From positions 27,983,179 to 28,047,178 of the forward strand of contig CM119263.1 in assembly GCA_051294375.1 (NCBI GenBank): a stretch of 64,000 bases of DNA, written 5' to 3'. The notes beneath the pieces are model-generated. The model was not told the origin of the DNA. It worked only from the letters and a program-made list of their open reading frames with translations, and did not search any database. The translations under genes were made by a program, and so were the position numbers. Shown here in pieces: positions 13,351 through 27,993 of this stretch. The DNA comes from Paraspadella gotoi. Lineage: Eukaryota; Animalia; Chaetognatha. The number at the start of each line of letters is the position of its first letter. The stretch's first letter is position 1.

Positions 13351-14140
13351 TCATGGTACTATTAAAAAGCAGCGATTTGCTGAAGAAAGAAAACTGCGTT
13401 CAGGGTTAGAGACAGGAAAAGACAACAGATATTATAGCTTGGGTCCAATGATCTTCGATTCTAATTTGAAAAAGTGGCGATTGATGAGCAGATCTCTGCA
13501 ACAAATTAAAAATGACAACGTTATCTACGTGACTATTGTTTACGATGACGCTAATGAAAAAGAGTTTAATCTACTTTCGGCATCAAATTGTAAAAATGTT
13601 CTATCCCATACCCTTGCGAGTTGGAATGAAAATTACGAATTTGGATTGTTCAGAATTATCAACATCAGAACTTTAATAATATTGATGATGAAATGATATT
13701 AACCTTCAAAACTATGATGAATTTTCTTTATTGAGAGGGACTTATGATAATGATGTCTAAAATAGGATTTGGAAAGTTTATTATATTGTAATGTGCAGAA
13801 GGTTATTATTAAAAATTCACAAGTGTTGTGTGATAACATGAAGGGAGATTAATAGGAATAAAATTAATTAAGCATCTCGAAGGAAATACAAAATGTTATA
13901 CGATATGATTTTTTGAACAAGAAATTTTCAATATGGATATCGACAATTAAGATTAGACTATTATGTTTTACACACGGAAATATTTTAGAATTACTTTGGT
14001 TTTGGGGAAAATAGAAGAATGTTTAGGTGCATTATTGGTCTCATGCTTAAAGAATAGCGTTTCGTCAAACGACCTATGGCGAAGGAGATTAAGGAAATCT
14101 AAGACGGGGAGATCCCATGGGCTTCAAATTTCCCTAAAAA
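13350..14140 (+). pseudogene. Polinton packaging ATPase (A32/FtsK-like) relic
   Basis: Walker A-like G..TGK-TT (~13403-13428), Walker B-like LII-DDEM (~13672-13697), RQLRLDYYVL (~13941-13970) and terminal SNFP (~14124). The ORF track entry 13439-13696 is a fragment of it. Confidence 0.55.
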
Positions 14141-16563
14141 TCATCATAGACAGAGCTCGACAAGTCGCCATTAATAACTAAGATGTTATGCGTAGCATAT
14201 CATGTGACTTTAGTATGTACAACAAATTTGTGGATTAAATTCTTTTTTCAACTTTTACTTTCGTATGTGTCCAGTATCTGGGAGGTAGTGAGAGGGGCGT
14301 GTATATATTAGAAAGATTCGAGAAAAGTTCCCATTTACGCGTACCAGTGAAAATAAGCTGTTCATGTGACTACAGCAGTTCGACGTACAGTAATAAGAAA
14401 CCTTGGATGATTGTTGTTAAGTCTTAACAAGGGTCGGCAGCTTAGCTTACATTAAAAGCTTCACATTCGGATAAAAGAAATGGATATGCAGACAATCTAA
14501 CAAACTCTCCTCGAAGACGTTATTATTCAAGCTCTTTAGGCGGGACGTTGTCCCGACTTGTTGTTCCTCCCTGCAAGCTTTTTATATGCCCTGTTGCTCG
14601 GGAACTGCTAATCAGAAGCAATTTTCAAAAAAGTGTAGGTAGGAAGCGTATACAGTTTTGATGTTCGTAAATAAGGTGACTGAATGGGTGAGGAATCGAT
14701 GCTGTAAGAGACACAAGTAGAAACACTGGGATGCAAAAAGATGGATTGAGAAAAACATAAACTACGGATGCGGGAGCGAGTAGCGCTATATATAGGTGGG
14801 ATTGGCAGGGGGGGGGGGCGTTAGAAGCAGAGAAGAAGAGATACAACCAGTTCCTTCAACAAAACAAAGAGCAAATAAACTATTCTTTTATGTAAGATGG
14901 CTATGATTATTTAAATCAATCTGCGTCATTTATGAATCCTCGACTCAGTCTCCGTACATTGTCCTTCTGGATATATTCTGCTTCCCAACGCAAATTTCTA
15001 AATTCCACTCGGACGTGTGCGAGGACTTGTCTCTAGATATTGATTTCTATACCAGACGCAGCTAGTACCAACTTCATCCTTCGGATATCTGACAGCTAGC
15101 AATCAACATAGTTTTGATGATTCCATTATCTGTTTAGCTTTCCAACACAATTATTAATTAAAGTGTTAAGATAAAAAAGCAGGAACCGCAACAGGAAGGT
15201 TTTGGCTTGCATTTGGTCCCATTTTGTTGTGTAACATCCAGACAATAAATAGTGTTCATCTTGGTGAAATCTTAAACTTTAAGTTCCGCATTGTTTGATG
15301 TGGTCTTGATAATAAAATTTTTTTTACTCAGCCATTGACATTATCTATATTCAAACAATAGTAAATATGGAATTCAGCTTATGGATATATAATGTGAGCA
15401 TGTGTGTTGCGTGGTTTTTTTTTGTGNNNNNNNNNNNNNNNNNNNNNNNNNGCAGGGAAAGCGTGGCAAGCAGGGCAAGCGTGGCAAGCAATCATGATAA
15501 AAGTGCTGCTCTCAGCGGGCGAAATTCTTAGAATGAGTGAATTTTAAAATACATATTTTCTTGTTTGCATATTGTAACTGCATTATACTGAATCCCACAA
15601 AAATTTCTTATTAATTACGTATTGTATTTCAGGGACTAATTTGTAAATTCATTCGGTAGTAATTGCGCATTTACTATGTGGCAAGATTGTATCCGCGGCT
15701 CCGTGCAATAAATAATTCCAAAATAGGAATTCCGTAACGAAAGAATGAATCAAATCGAATCCAAGCTCAGGAGATTCTCCCTCTCTCGTCTTAATTAAAA
15801 AAAAAGGCAGATGACTGTTTCATTGCGATTTCGTTTGCATCCGCGATGAGCCGCAGGTGCTCATCTTTTTTTATTGAGGGTGAGGGTTTTGGTGAGCGAG
15901 AGAAGGTGAGGTATGTGGCGGAGGGGACATAGGGAAATGACAAATTGTGGTGGGGATGTGGATCAGGGAGTGAAGATGTGGGTAAATTAGGATTGAAGGA
16001 TCCTGAACAATCGATGCCGTTTATTTGTTGGATCCCCGAAGTGGAGTTAAGAGTGGAAACTGAGTGGAGCTTAGAGCAAGAAAGAGAAGCGAAGACTGGA
16101 GCTAAGAGTTTGAATGAAGTTGTGCGGTGGAGCGGAATAAGGGGGCAATAATAAGTATAATTAGACGAGGTTGAAAATTGTCGAGTGAATGAATTTTGTA
16201 AGTAAAATCAGTTAGATCAAGAAAATTGAAACCTCAACGCGAAAAAAGTATGAATAAACCGGATAAAAGTAAATAATTTCTTGTTAAGTAGTTCGCTGAA
16301 ATTAATATAAAACAAAATTATTAGTTTAATTGTTTTGTTTTTCGTGATTTAATACCAATATTTTTTTTTTGTTTTTCTAATGAATCTTACTTCAAAGAAG
16401 CAAAGCTTAGGATTTAAAACCAACGAAGACCCTCCTTAACGAAAAAGATTGGACAACAAATTGCCAACTAATTGGGACATGACTATTTGGATCACCTCTT
16501 GATGAAAACAAATTTCGTAACCTCCTCTCAAATCTTTCCACGAAATAAAAAAATCATTTGATC

Positions 16564-16605
<42 letters not shown>

Positions 16606-19600
16606 TCTCCTTCTCTCTCTCTCTCTCTCATGTGCTCCACTCATCTCCTCTACATTCCAATTGTGGTTGTCTCCTTGGAAGCCTTAAAGAGGCTTAGATC
16701 CCCTTCCTTAGACCAATATTGCGACGGAGATGCAATGCTAAGAATTTCTCTGCCTTTTTGCCTTTTTAGAACCTGACTAAGAGAGATAGAGAGAGAGTTG
16801 ATGATTCAAGAAAATAGGGCTCTCTACTTTTCATGCCTTTTGCAATTTATTTTTTAAAAAGCCCATCACATTTTACTTAACTAACACCCACCCATCATCA
16901 CCATATTCCAGTTACGTCAATTACGCGACGTGACAGGTGCCCCTTCTGCCGCGAGATGGGCATCTGGCCGAACTTGAGTCGAGCATCTGTTCAATCTTTC
17001 AAACGGGCAACCGTCCAACCTTCGAATGAGCCACTGACCGATAAGAAACCGAGTCAATTAAAGGGACCATAATGATTGAGATTATTCGGATTTCATTGAT
17101 CGTAAATTTGTGAAAAAGAATAATCGTTTTTAATTTGAGCGAAAAGGTTTTTTCCTTATCTTAGTTGATTATGTCTCGGATAAAACATTAAAACAAACAT
17201 AATCGATTTTTTTGGGGGAGTGATAGGAAGAAAAGGAGGAGAGAGAGCGAGAGGGGGAGAGAATGAAAGAAAAGAGAAGGAAAGGAAAGAAGAGAGGAAG
17301 ATAAAGAAAAGTGAAGTAAGCAAGCAAATGAGGAGAAAGAAAGAGAAGGAATAGAGAGATAAAGAGAGAGATATAAAAAAGCATGAAAAGAGAGAGAGGA
17401 GAGAAGGGTAACGAGAAGTCGAGAAGAAAAGAGAGAGAGCGACTGTGATTGATTGAATATGTATAAATTTAACGGATTACAATAAAATTGTTAATCTTGT
17501 GCTATGTTATGTAACTTCACTCTAAAGAAAAATTAAAATAAATGAACAATAAAGAAATAGGAGAGAATTCCCAATTTCCAAACACTAAAACCTAAGCTAA
17601 TTTGTGAGAGTTTAATTAAAATTCGGTTTGGAAGGAAAGTTTGCAAAAGGGTGGTTTTCTGATCAGAGTCCAAAAACCTGAATATAATTTAAGGTTTCTT
17701 CCTGCGTTTTTTTTTCTTTATTGTTTTGAACTTTTTTTTTTGTCTCTTTACTTTTTTTTTCGCTCGTTCTGTCTCTATCTCTCACAAAATTCCGCCTCTC
17801 GATCCTCAAGTCATTTATGAAATTTGCATTAAAATCGTTTCTTTTTTTTAATCTTGTCGGCAGCAAGTGTCGATGAAAGAGGGGAGGACTGACTCTGTAG
17901 AAAATAAAATAATAACGACATAAAATTATATTATATTGAACATTATTAGTATTGAGAGAACACTCATCGGCTACAACTACTAATGTGACGAGAGATATAA
18001 TGTTTGTGTATTTACCCTATAAAGTAGGAACTCGTCGAAAGGGAATGCTGTGAATTTTTTACGGCTGGTCAACTCCGGAGCGTTAAATATTTCTAATTAA
18101 GACATATCGTTTGCAATTAATTGTGAGGACAAGGTGAATTCTTTCCCCCCCCCGCACAATCCAATCCAAGTTTTTTTCCACGGCTCAGTGGCCAGATACC
18201 GGAGCATCCTCGGCCATCGCTTAACCTCCAATATGAGCAATTGTGTCAAAAAATAGATAGTTCTTTGTTAAAATATATATTATTAGTTTCCATAATATGA
18301 TACCCTATCTTTATAATAAAATTTTCTCATTGGATAAAGAAAATAAAAAATATCAATAAAAAAAAATTTACACTAGTTATTTGGATAATATTTTGTTTAA
18401 CCATTAAGTTTTGTACCCATAAATCACGTCAATTAATGTGTGATATAGACTGATAAAGCAGTAATTTGAACGAAAATTAAGGAAAATGTCGAAAGTTGCG
18501 TCTTTTGTTTTTTTTTTTTTTGGCGAATCACCATCTTTTGCACATCGTGTGAGGTACACGCGAACAACCACAATTAGCACCCGGTCCAGCCTTCTTCTTT
18601 GGAGTAGACATCATAAAGTGCTTTGTAAGTGGGTCTTTTCTAGTTCGGTTGGCTAACACGTGGGACGACTCTAGGTGTTAATAATTTTAACTAATCCACT
18701 GAGAAATGCCAAAGAACGAGAGAAGAGCCTCAGAATGATTAGGCATCATAGGAAAGAACCTCGAAACGAAATCAACCGCCAAATGACATTACCCTTGCTT
18801 CCTATATACCTCTTTACTTTCATTTCATTGCCAAAACTAAAGGCTGAAAATTGTTCTCCACAAATCATAGATACAACCCACTAATATATTGGATAGTTGC
18901 GAATAATACATCCGTTTTTTCAGTATACCCCTACCTTTTTATTTGTATGTTGAAGCCTAAACTAATAATTTGCATTAAATAAAAAAAAATAAAAAATTAA
19001 ACTTATCAAAGAATTATCATTCATCTTTTTTAAAACCAAGAAAAAACAAAATAAAAATGAAAAATTTTAAAAATAACGTCCCATAACTAGAGCTCCTTTT
19101 CACTCTTTCGTTAAGAAATTTGAAAATTATCTTCAACGAAAGGATTACTCGGAACTACATCGTATCATAAAGGTTAGTAGATATGAAGAAAGAAATCGTA
19201 TTGTAAAAAAAAAAAAAGAATAATGACGTATTACTTCTCTCTTCTCGTTAATCTATACAAATTTCTATAGCAGATTTAATCTCCATGTTCTGGTATTTCA
19301 TGACACAAGTAATACCTTCTGGTGTACCGCAAAGTCTTATTTTTACTCTTAAAGAATTTAAGCGGCTATTGATAATGTATTCATATGGCGAACGAAGTAA
19401 GGATTCAGTACTATCCGTCAAGATTTGAAAAACAGCTAGAGGAAGATAAATTAATTTGGCCAGATGGGTCTTGATGCATAAGAATACCTTTCATAACTAA
19501 TCGATTTTGTCATGATTTGGTTGATAGTTATCAATTGTTTTTATTGAATGGAAGATCAGACATTGATAATGTAATTTAACCAATTTAGGAACAACTAATT

Positions 19601-20225
19601 TCAATGCGCCTATAACGATCGTACAGGTAGAACGCCTATACCATTTAATATACACTTACTCCAGCTGGTAACGATTTGTATGATATAAAAAGACTCCAAC
19701 CAGTACAATTGCGTGCTGCCTGTGGCTGTCTGGAGGTCCATTTGTAGGTTGATTATATGATGAGAGTAGGAAACAGTATGTCGGTTGGTGATTTAACGCC
19801 TACTGGAGGCAGCAACAGTCGGAACTGGTAATCATACTGTAACGCAGCTGGAGCGAACAATTTATAAATCAAATCTTCAAAAAAACCGTCGTAATGACAA
19901 TAGAATCCCTTTTTATATGTATGGGCAGATTTTGAGGATAGATCATAAAAATGGATATATCTAATGAAATTGGTTTAGGAAATTAAGCGTTGAGAATTTC
20001 TTCCTCTCTTTCTTTCAACTATTATGAATAATTGAAACCTGGAAAAATTGGGTGGGAGGAAATATGGCAATTCTTAAAAATGATCTTTTTTTTTTTATCA
20101 ATAAAAGGCCAGTCATCCAAGCAGTCGACTAGCGCAAAAAAATAATCAGCCAGCTAGTTTTTTCTCGTAAAACCAATTTTCTAAAACTTTGTGCCAAATG
20201 ATGAAACAATTTTCCGAAATGTGCA

Positions 20226-22186
20226 AAACGATACCGTATAATAAGACGCTAAGACTATACGGGTTCTAAATACAAAAAAAGTTAAGTTTCTTTAGCGTGA
20301 CATCTCATCTCTTTTTTTCCGTCCCTCTAATAATGAAGCATTCCTGGAATGCGCAAACATTAGCCTAAAAGATAAACACGCCACTCCACAAATCTAACTA
20401 CGACTCAGACGAGCGCATCTATAGAGAATTTCATTAGCCATTCTTCCGAGAACCGGACGGCAGAAGCGAACGCACCTGATCCCGAGACGAGTCAATGATT
20501 GGTCCTCCTCCGCCTTTTTGTGTCTCGATTCTGGTCGATCGTCAGGAATCGTGCAGTCCGACGACTCGAGTATTATTCATCTGCTGCCCCACCAATTCTG
20601 TTGACCGCCTGCGCTCTTAGCGTCGTAGAGATTACTCAATATATGGGGTTAACGCTGTCAGGATTCACGAGGGCTCGAGGTCGTAGCGTTCGCTGGAGAT
20701 TCACACAGGAGTCTCACGTGCAGTCCACTGTTATAGAAACGTAATCACAAGTAATTCCTTGGCTCATATTAGTTCGCGTGGCGTAGTTGTGTTTGACGAT
20801 GGTGGCTGTTGTTCTACGTGCGTTCATTTACTGGTTTTATTCTCTAACATATTACTGACAATGATTACGTCAAATACATAGTAGACCCAAACTTCGTCAG
20901 ATGGGGTAGGGGTCAGAAAGTATTTTGATTATTGGTGTGAACTCTTTCCAATGTGATAACTTCATACATTTGACTGAGAGCCACTCTCACATGGAGCACA
21001 AATTTTTCTAAAATGGCAAGATGCATTTAGTACCATTAATTTTTTATTTTATTTTATAGGCATAGGAATGTCAAAAAATTTTTTTGAATTTTATTTTTAA
21101 AAAGCACAACATATATAAGCTATGAAAAGGAGTTATCTACACAAAGTATAATTCTTTTTTCGAATATTTTTTGATGATAAGTGGGTTTTAAAAATTAAGA
21201 ACAAACATTAAACAAATATCATCATCATCAATCATCCGATGACTTTTAGCAAGTTTTTACTAATTTTTAGAAAATTAAAAAGCAGGAATCAAATTTAAAA
21301 AGTTTGATATTTATTTTTGCTCAACTTTTTAAGCTCTATCAGAATTCATTATAAAAAAACTTAAAAATGATCAAAAAAAAAATTGTTCAACATATATTGG
21401 ATTATTCGGATTATATGGATAATATATGGATATTTCTTATATTGTTGTACCAATTTCATAAAATTCAGCTGCCATTGTATTTGTGCTAGTGCGGATACAA
21501 TAAGTATTCCCGATCTAATACTTTAAGGGATGGTCTTTTCATACAAATTGAAACATTCCTTTGAAATATTTTCCCATCTTCATTGATAGGCGAAGCCAGG
21601 TAATGCTGGGAGTAAATAAACGGACTGTGAGAGAGTCTTGATTGAAAGCTTGCGCAAGCGGACCTGTCTATGTAATTATCTGTAGAGAGTGATGGAGGCC
21701 TTAAAAGACCACCAAAGCTCGTCGCAAAGTCAGGGTGGCAAGATAAGCTTATTTATATAATGAAATGGATAATTTATTATATTGGTTCGGTACCAATTCA
21801 TAGCAATTATATAATATTAACTTAGCGAAAATTTACTCATGGTTCGGAACATTTTTGCAAAAAATATTTTACACAATAATTAATACCATATTTGAATTAG
21901 TTTAATGCCTGTTCCCATAAAGATTTGAATTGGTCCGGCTACGCTACTTAGCAATTATTTTTTTTTAGTAAAATAAGTCTTGTCGTATGAATATCTACGA
22001 ATATCTAGCTATAGCACTATTTAAATTCACTTCTCAAGTTTCATTTAAACATAATTTTTTCTCCGCTTAAACGTTTCAGCGGATTATTCAACTTCTTGTG
22101 AATAGATTTACGGAGTCCTCTCGGGGACCCGACCGAGCGAGAGCAGTTCACGTCAAAAATTGTGAGAGACAAGAGAGAGAGAGAGC

Positions 22187-22227
<41 letters not shown>

Positions 22228-23225
22228 CAGAGAGAGCAGAGAAAAGCCTCGATTCCACCCGGATGTAAACAAAGAGACAAAATTGCATGATTGTCGAAGT
22301 ATAGGGTTTTCTTTGTCGGCTGTGAAGCGGCCGGCGCGGCAGCGGTTGCAGCGGCGGCAACGTAACACCAGCTTTAATGAAGTTTCTCTATTTTTTTTTC
22401 AAAATGAATATTTGACTAAGGAAATTATTTTTCGTTTCCCTAAACGCTTGACGACGCGCTGGGACAAAGTACAGCGCATTTACTTCTCGGTTGTTCTATC
22501 TTCTCTGCGCGTGAATGCACGTACGTGCCCGTTCATTCAGTTCCCCGATGAATCTCGATTGAAAAGTTAAAAAAAAAAAAAAGATTTGAAAATGGCGAAG
22601 GTGGGGCGAGGTTTTGGTAAGAGGATGATGGAGAAGGGGTAATCGGGAGAAGTGATAGAGTTGTGATTGTGATAGTGACTGTGGTTGAACAAAATGATGT
22701 CATTAAAAATGGAGTAAGATGAAAATATTGAAGCACGAAAATCACCACCGACTATTTTTTTTTTATGTTTTTTTTTTAACAACAAGACGTTCAACTAAGC
22801 GGATTTTGCAGCCATAGAGAATGATGGGCCTAAGGGTCGTGGGTCGGAAGAGGGGAGATGTGGGGGGGGGGCGCTGTAATCGATCCTCGATCTCGTTGTT
22901 TAGTCTTTCTCTCTTTTCCCTTCTCCTTCGCCTCCGGGGTATAATTTTTGTTTCTTTTGTTTTTATTTTCTAATTTTTTTTTCGCGCCTTTTGTTTCTGC
23001 GATTTGACGCGTGAGTCGCTCGCCACCTGTGATTGGGAAAACCGCGACATCTGAAGGGGATGACAATGGGTAGACGACGATCAGACGTAGGACGACGATG
23101 ATGACGAATAATGACGATGACTTTGACCCCCGAGGCGCCATCAAGAAGATCCTCACATCTGTCGAAGTTTAAAAAAAAAGATATGAAACTTTTTTAATCA
23201 ATCGGCAGTGTTTATGACGTTGCTA

Positions 23226-23264
<39 letters not shown>

Positions 23265-23486
23265 TTGAGATGTTAATTTGTTGTCCCTAATGATCGTCAC
23301 TTTCACCAAATATCCCTTCTTCGTCCAAGTTTCAAACTCGGCCGGCGATAGAAATTCGCCTCTTCGTTGGTCTTTCAACTCTGTAAACAAAAACAGGGTT
23401 TCAATCGACGGAACCCAATTTCTTCGAGTAATGATGACAAGATTATTGGTTTTATGTTACATGAATAAAATCTATAATATGAAAAA

Positions 23487-23554
<68 letters not shown>

Positions 23555-23825
23555 CAGAANNNNNNNNNNNNNNNNNNNNNNNNNTCTCTCTCTCTCTCTC
23601 TTTTTCATATTATAGATTTTATTCATGTAACATAAAAACCAATAATCTTGTCATCATTACTCGAAGAACATTGGGTTCCGTCGATTGAAACCCTGTTTTT
23701 GTTTACAGAGTTGAAAAGACCAACGAAGAGGCGAATTTCTATCGCCGGCCGAGTTTGAAACTTGGACGAAGAAGGGATATTTGGTGAAAGTGACGATCAT
23801 TAGGGACAACAAATTAACATCTCAA

Positions 23826-23866
<41 letters not shown>

Positions 23867-24815
23867 TAGCAACGTCATAAACACTCCGATTGATTAAAAA
23901 AGTTTCATATCTTTTTTTTTTAAACTTCGACAGATGTGAGGATCTCTTGATGGCGCCTCGGGGGTCAAAGTCATCGTCATCATCGTCATCATCGTCGTCC
24001 ACGTTGTCATCGTCTACCTCATTGTCTCCCCTTCAGATGTCGCGGTTTTCCCAATCACAGGTGGCGAGCGACTCACGCGTCAAATCGCAGAAACAAAAGG
24101 CGCGAAAAAAAAAGTTAAAAATAAAAACAAAAGAACAAAAATTATACCCCGGAGGCGAAGGAGAAGGGAAAAGAGAGAAAGACTAAACAACGAGATCGAG
24201 GATCGATTACAGCGCCCCCCCCCCACATCTCCCCATCTCCGTACCGCACGACCCTTAGGCCCATCATTCTCTATGGCTGCAAAATCCGCTTAGTTGAACG
24301 TCTTGTTTTAAAAAAAAAAATAAAAAAAAAAAATAGTCGGTGGTGATTTTCGTGCTTCAATATTTCATCTTACTCCATTTTTAATGACATCATTTTGTTC
24401 AACCACAGTCACTATCACAACACACCTTCACCTCCCGATTACCCCTTCTCCATCATCCTCTTACCAAAACGCTCGCCCCACCTTCGCCATTTTCAAATTT
24501 CTTTTCAATCGAGATTCATCGGGGAACTGAATGAACGTGCACGTACGTGCATTCACGCGCAGAGAGATAGACAACCGAGAAGTAAATGCGTGTACTTTGT
24601 CCCCAGCGTCGTCAAGCGTTTAGGGAAAACGAAAAATATTTCCTTAGTCAAAATATTCATTTTGAAAAAAAAAATGAGAAACTTCATTAAAGCTGGTGTT
24701 ACTGCCGCCGCTGCAACCGCTGCCGCCGCCGCCGCTTCACAGCCGACAAAGAAAACCCATACTTCGACAATCATGCAAATTTTGTCTCTTTGTTTACATC
24801 CGGGTGGAATCGAGG

Positions 24816-24880
<65 letters not shown>

Positions 24881-26645
24881 CAATTTTTGACGTGAACTGC
24901 TCTCGCTCGGTCGGGTCCCCGAGAGACTCCGTAAATCTATTCACAAGAAGTTGAATAACTCCGTGAAACGTTTAAGCGGAGAAAAAATTATGTTTAAATG
25001 AAACTTGAGAAGTGAATTTTAAATAGTGCTATAGCTAGATATTCGTAGATATTCATACGACAAGACTTATTTACTAAAAAAGAAATAATTGCTAGTAGCG
25101 GTAGCCGACCAAATTCAAATTTTAATGGGAACAGCATTAAACTAATTCATATGGTATTAATTATTGTGTTAAAATATTTTTTTGCAAAAATGTTTCCGAA
25201 CCATGAGTAATTCGCTAATTAATATTATTATATTTGCATGAAATTGGTACAACCAAATAATAAAATTATCCATTCATTATATAAATAAGCTATCTTGCCC
25301 CTGACTTTGGACAGGCTTTGGTGGTTTAAGGCCTCCATCACTCTTACAAGATAATTACATAGCAGGTCGCTGCAAGCTTTCAATCAAGACTCTCTCACAG
25401 TCCCGTTTATTTACTCCCAGATTACCTGGCTTCCCTATCAATGAAGTGGAAAATATTTCAAAGAATGTTTCAATTGTATGAAAAGACCATCTCCTTAAAG
25501 TATTAGATCGGGAATACTTATTGTACTCCGCACTAGCATCAAAAATACAAGGAGCTGAATTTTATGAAATTGGTACAACCAATATAAAAATTATCCATAT
25601 ATTATCCATATAATCCAAATAATCAATATAATGTTAAATTTTTTTTTGATATTTAAGTTTTTTTAATTGATTCTGATAGAGCTTAAAAAGTTAGCAAAAA
25701 TATAATTCAAACTTTTTAAAATTTTGATGTTTTATTTCTAAAAATTAGTAAAAACTGCTAAAATCATCGGATGATGATGATGATGATGAATTTTTTAAGG
25801 TTTTTCTTAATTTTAACCCACTTATCATCAAAATATTGAAAAAAGAATTATACTTTGTGTAGATAACTTTTCATAAGCTATTTGAATTTGCTTTTAAAAA
25901 TAAAAAAATTCAAAAAAAATTTTTTGACATTTCCTATCTATAAATAAATATTAAAAAATTAATTACTAATGCTTCTTGCCATTTTAGAAAATTTTGCTCC
26001 ATTGAAAGTTCTCTCAGAAATGTATGAAGTTTCATTTGGAAAGGTTCCCAAATCAAACTTCTGACCCACCCCATTGACGAAGTTTGGGTCTACTAATGTT
26101 TGAGTAATCTTTCAGTAATATTTAAAAGAAAAAGTAAACCACGTAGAACAACAGCACCATCGTCAATCACACGCACACGCGATACAATATGAGCCAAAGG
26201 AATTAGCTGTGAACCGCTAAACAGTGATGCGTGAGACTGTGAATCACGGAACGTCGTCCTCGACCCTCGTGAATCCTGACAGCGAACCGCAATATTGTGA
26301 ATCGTCACGACGAAGAGCGAGGAACAGTGAATGGGGCAGCAGTGATTCGATGCGGGACTCACGATTCCGACCATCGACCAGAATCGAGGACACAAAAGGC
26401 GGAGGAGGCCAATCATTGCCGCATCAGTGGTTCGCTTCTGCCGTCCGGTTTCGAAGAGGCAATGATTCTATAGTGGCTCGTCTATCGTTAGTTGGATGAT
26501 GCCGGAGCAATATTTGCCTTCCAAATGCTTCATTATTAGAGGGACGAAAAAAAGAGATGAGATGACGCTAAAGAAAACTTAACTTTTTTTGTATTTTAGA
26601 ACCCGTATAGTCTTAATACTCTTATTATTTACGGTATCGTTTTTA
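20226..26645. repeat. Large inverted duplication (arms ~20226-23559 and ~23585-26645) centred on an N gap
   Basis: 23585 onward is the reverse complement of 23490 backward. The arms are near-identical at the centre, with increasing indels outward. The outer ends match (aaacgataccgta / tacggtatcgttt). Confidence 0.95.
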
Positions 26646-27953
26646 ACACTTTGGACGGTAACAGTCCCGCAGATCGTACTTTAACGATTACTATAAGGAG
26701 TCTAAATCAGTAATTAACCACATATTAATGACTATTTAATTGTGAAATACCATTACGAATAAAAAGCTACTTCCTCAAAAATGGCAGTGGCCTCGAGCGT
26801 CATGCATCCAGCGTAAAACTTTTTTTTTAGAACAAAATCAAATTTTGAAAGGAATTTAAATATATGACAAAATGACAACAAAAGTAGGTCACTACTACTT
26901 AAATTATTCGTTCAAGGATATCAAAAATAACAAGATCAGAAAAGAGAGAAAAAAAATTTATCGCAACTGTACAGAAAGCCGTTGTGATAAAAAATACTGT
27001 GATCCAAAAATGCTCGGTTTGACTTCAATCATAAAAAGTTCGATCGGAACAAATGAATAAAAAAAGGTTTCCTATTTTTTTTTCTCATGTCAAATATTAC
27101 ACGAATTAAGCGCTAACGCGATTAAGCGAAAATTGGTCGCCGCTGGTTTCCTGCCAAAAGTCGCAAACCCTAAATTCTCAATGTCAATTTGAAAAAAATG
27201 AGAGAAATGAATTGGGACTCGAGATTTCGGTCCTTTTCTCGAGGTCAAATGTGCCTTAACCCCCGAAATATAATTACGGCTAAATAAGTGATTGCTTAGA
27301 TTAACGAAATGAAAAATGACGGAGTATACCGAAAAAAAAGGGTAAGATTTTTTAGATTGTGACGATTTTGTTGTAAGTTTAAAAATAAACAACGTCAATA
27401 AAACAACTAAAATTATTCCGATTTAATTGTTGTGGTTTGACACCGACTGGCAATGAAGTTCCTCAAAATGAGATTTCACCAAAGAAAGGAAGAAAAAAAA
27501 AAAGAAACTTTTATTTCTCATTAAGTCAAAAAGGATTTTATTATTCGGTTAAACTTCTCCAAGAAGAAAAATCACACGATTTGTCTAAATCCAAAAAATC
27601 TCTTATCGGTCTTTCGCCAAATCGTCGCTTCGTTGACGAACCGCAAAAAAAACATACAAAAAAAAACAAACAAACAAACAAATCTTCTGTTTATATTTCA
27701 ATAATTAAGCTTAACGACGACGAAGACTACAACCTTAGAATCTTAACTAATCCGCTTTCCTCTTTAGTCTTTAGCTTAATTACAAAACAGGTCGATGAGT
27801 CACAGCTTGCCAGAATAACTCACTGCAACAATTTGTCGATTTCTCACAGAAATTCTTCGCCAAATTAATCGGGTTACGGGCCAGTCAGGGGGACCTCGTT
27901 TTTTTGTGGATTCGTGACATTGCATGTCAGAACTCCCTCTCTCTCTCTATTCG

Positions 27954-27993
<40 letters not shown>

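Larger units (their letters stand above)
9660..14140 (+). mobile_element. Degenerate Polinton/Maverick (adintovirus-like) endogenous viral element: probable protease, minor capsid, two core genes, integrase and packaging ATPase, all on + strand
   Basis: Frameshift-tolerant manual translation gives several Polinton hallmark motifs in tandem: RKGILSQKGGFLASINGTLLPTII (~11292-11365), KIY-F-NPNHPGSF (~12333-12370), LQADI (~12538), ILLTVV-DV-FS (~12600-12635) and GK-TT (~13415). No PolB, major capsid or TIRs were recognised, and the boundaries are approximate. Confidence 0.8.

Noticed and set aside
19440-19560. Resemblance of PFITNRFCHDLVD to the lysyl hydroxylase (PLOD) catalytic domain
   Set aside because: The downstream HxD/H 2OG-Fe(II) motifs were not found and the match is too short.
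23700-23810. FLSPAEFE, resembling a SAND domain; nearby Asp-rich exon-like segment at ~23930-24060
   Set aside because: No KxWK motif and no consistent exon chain could be built.
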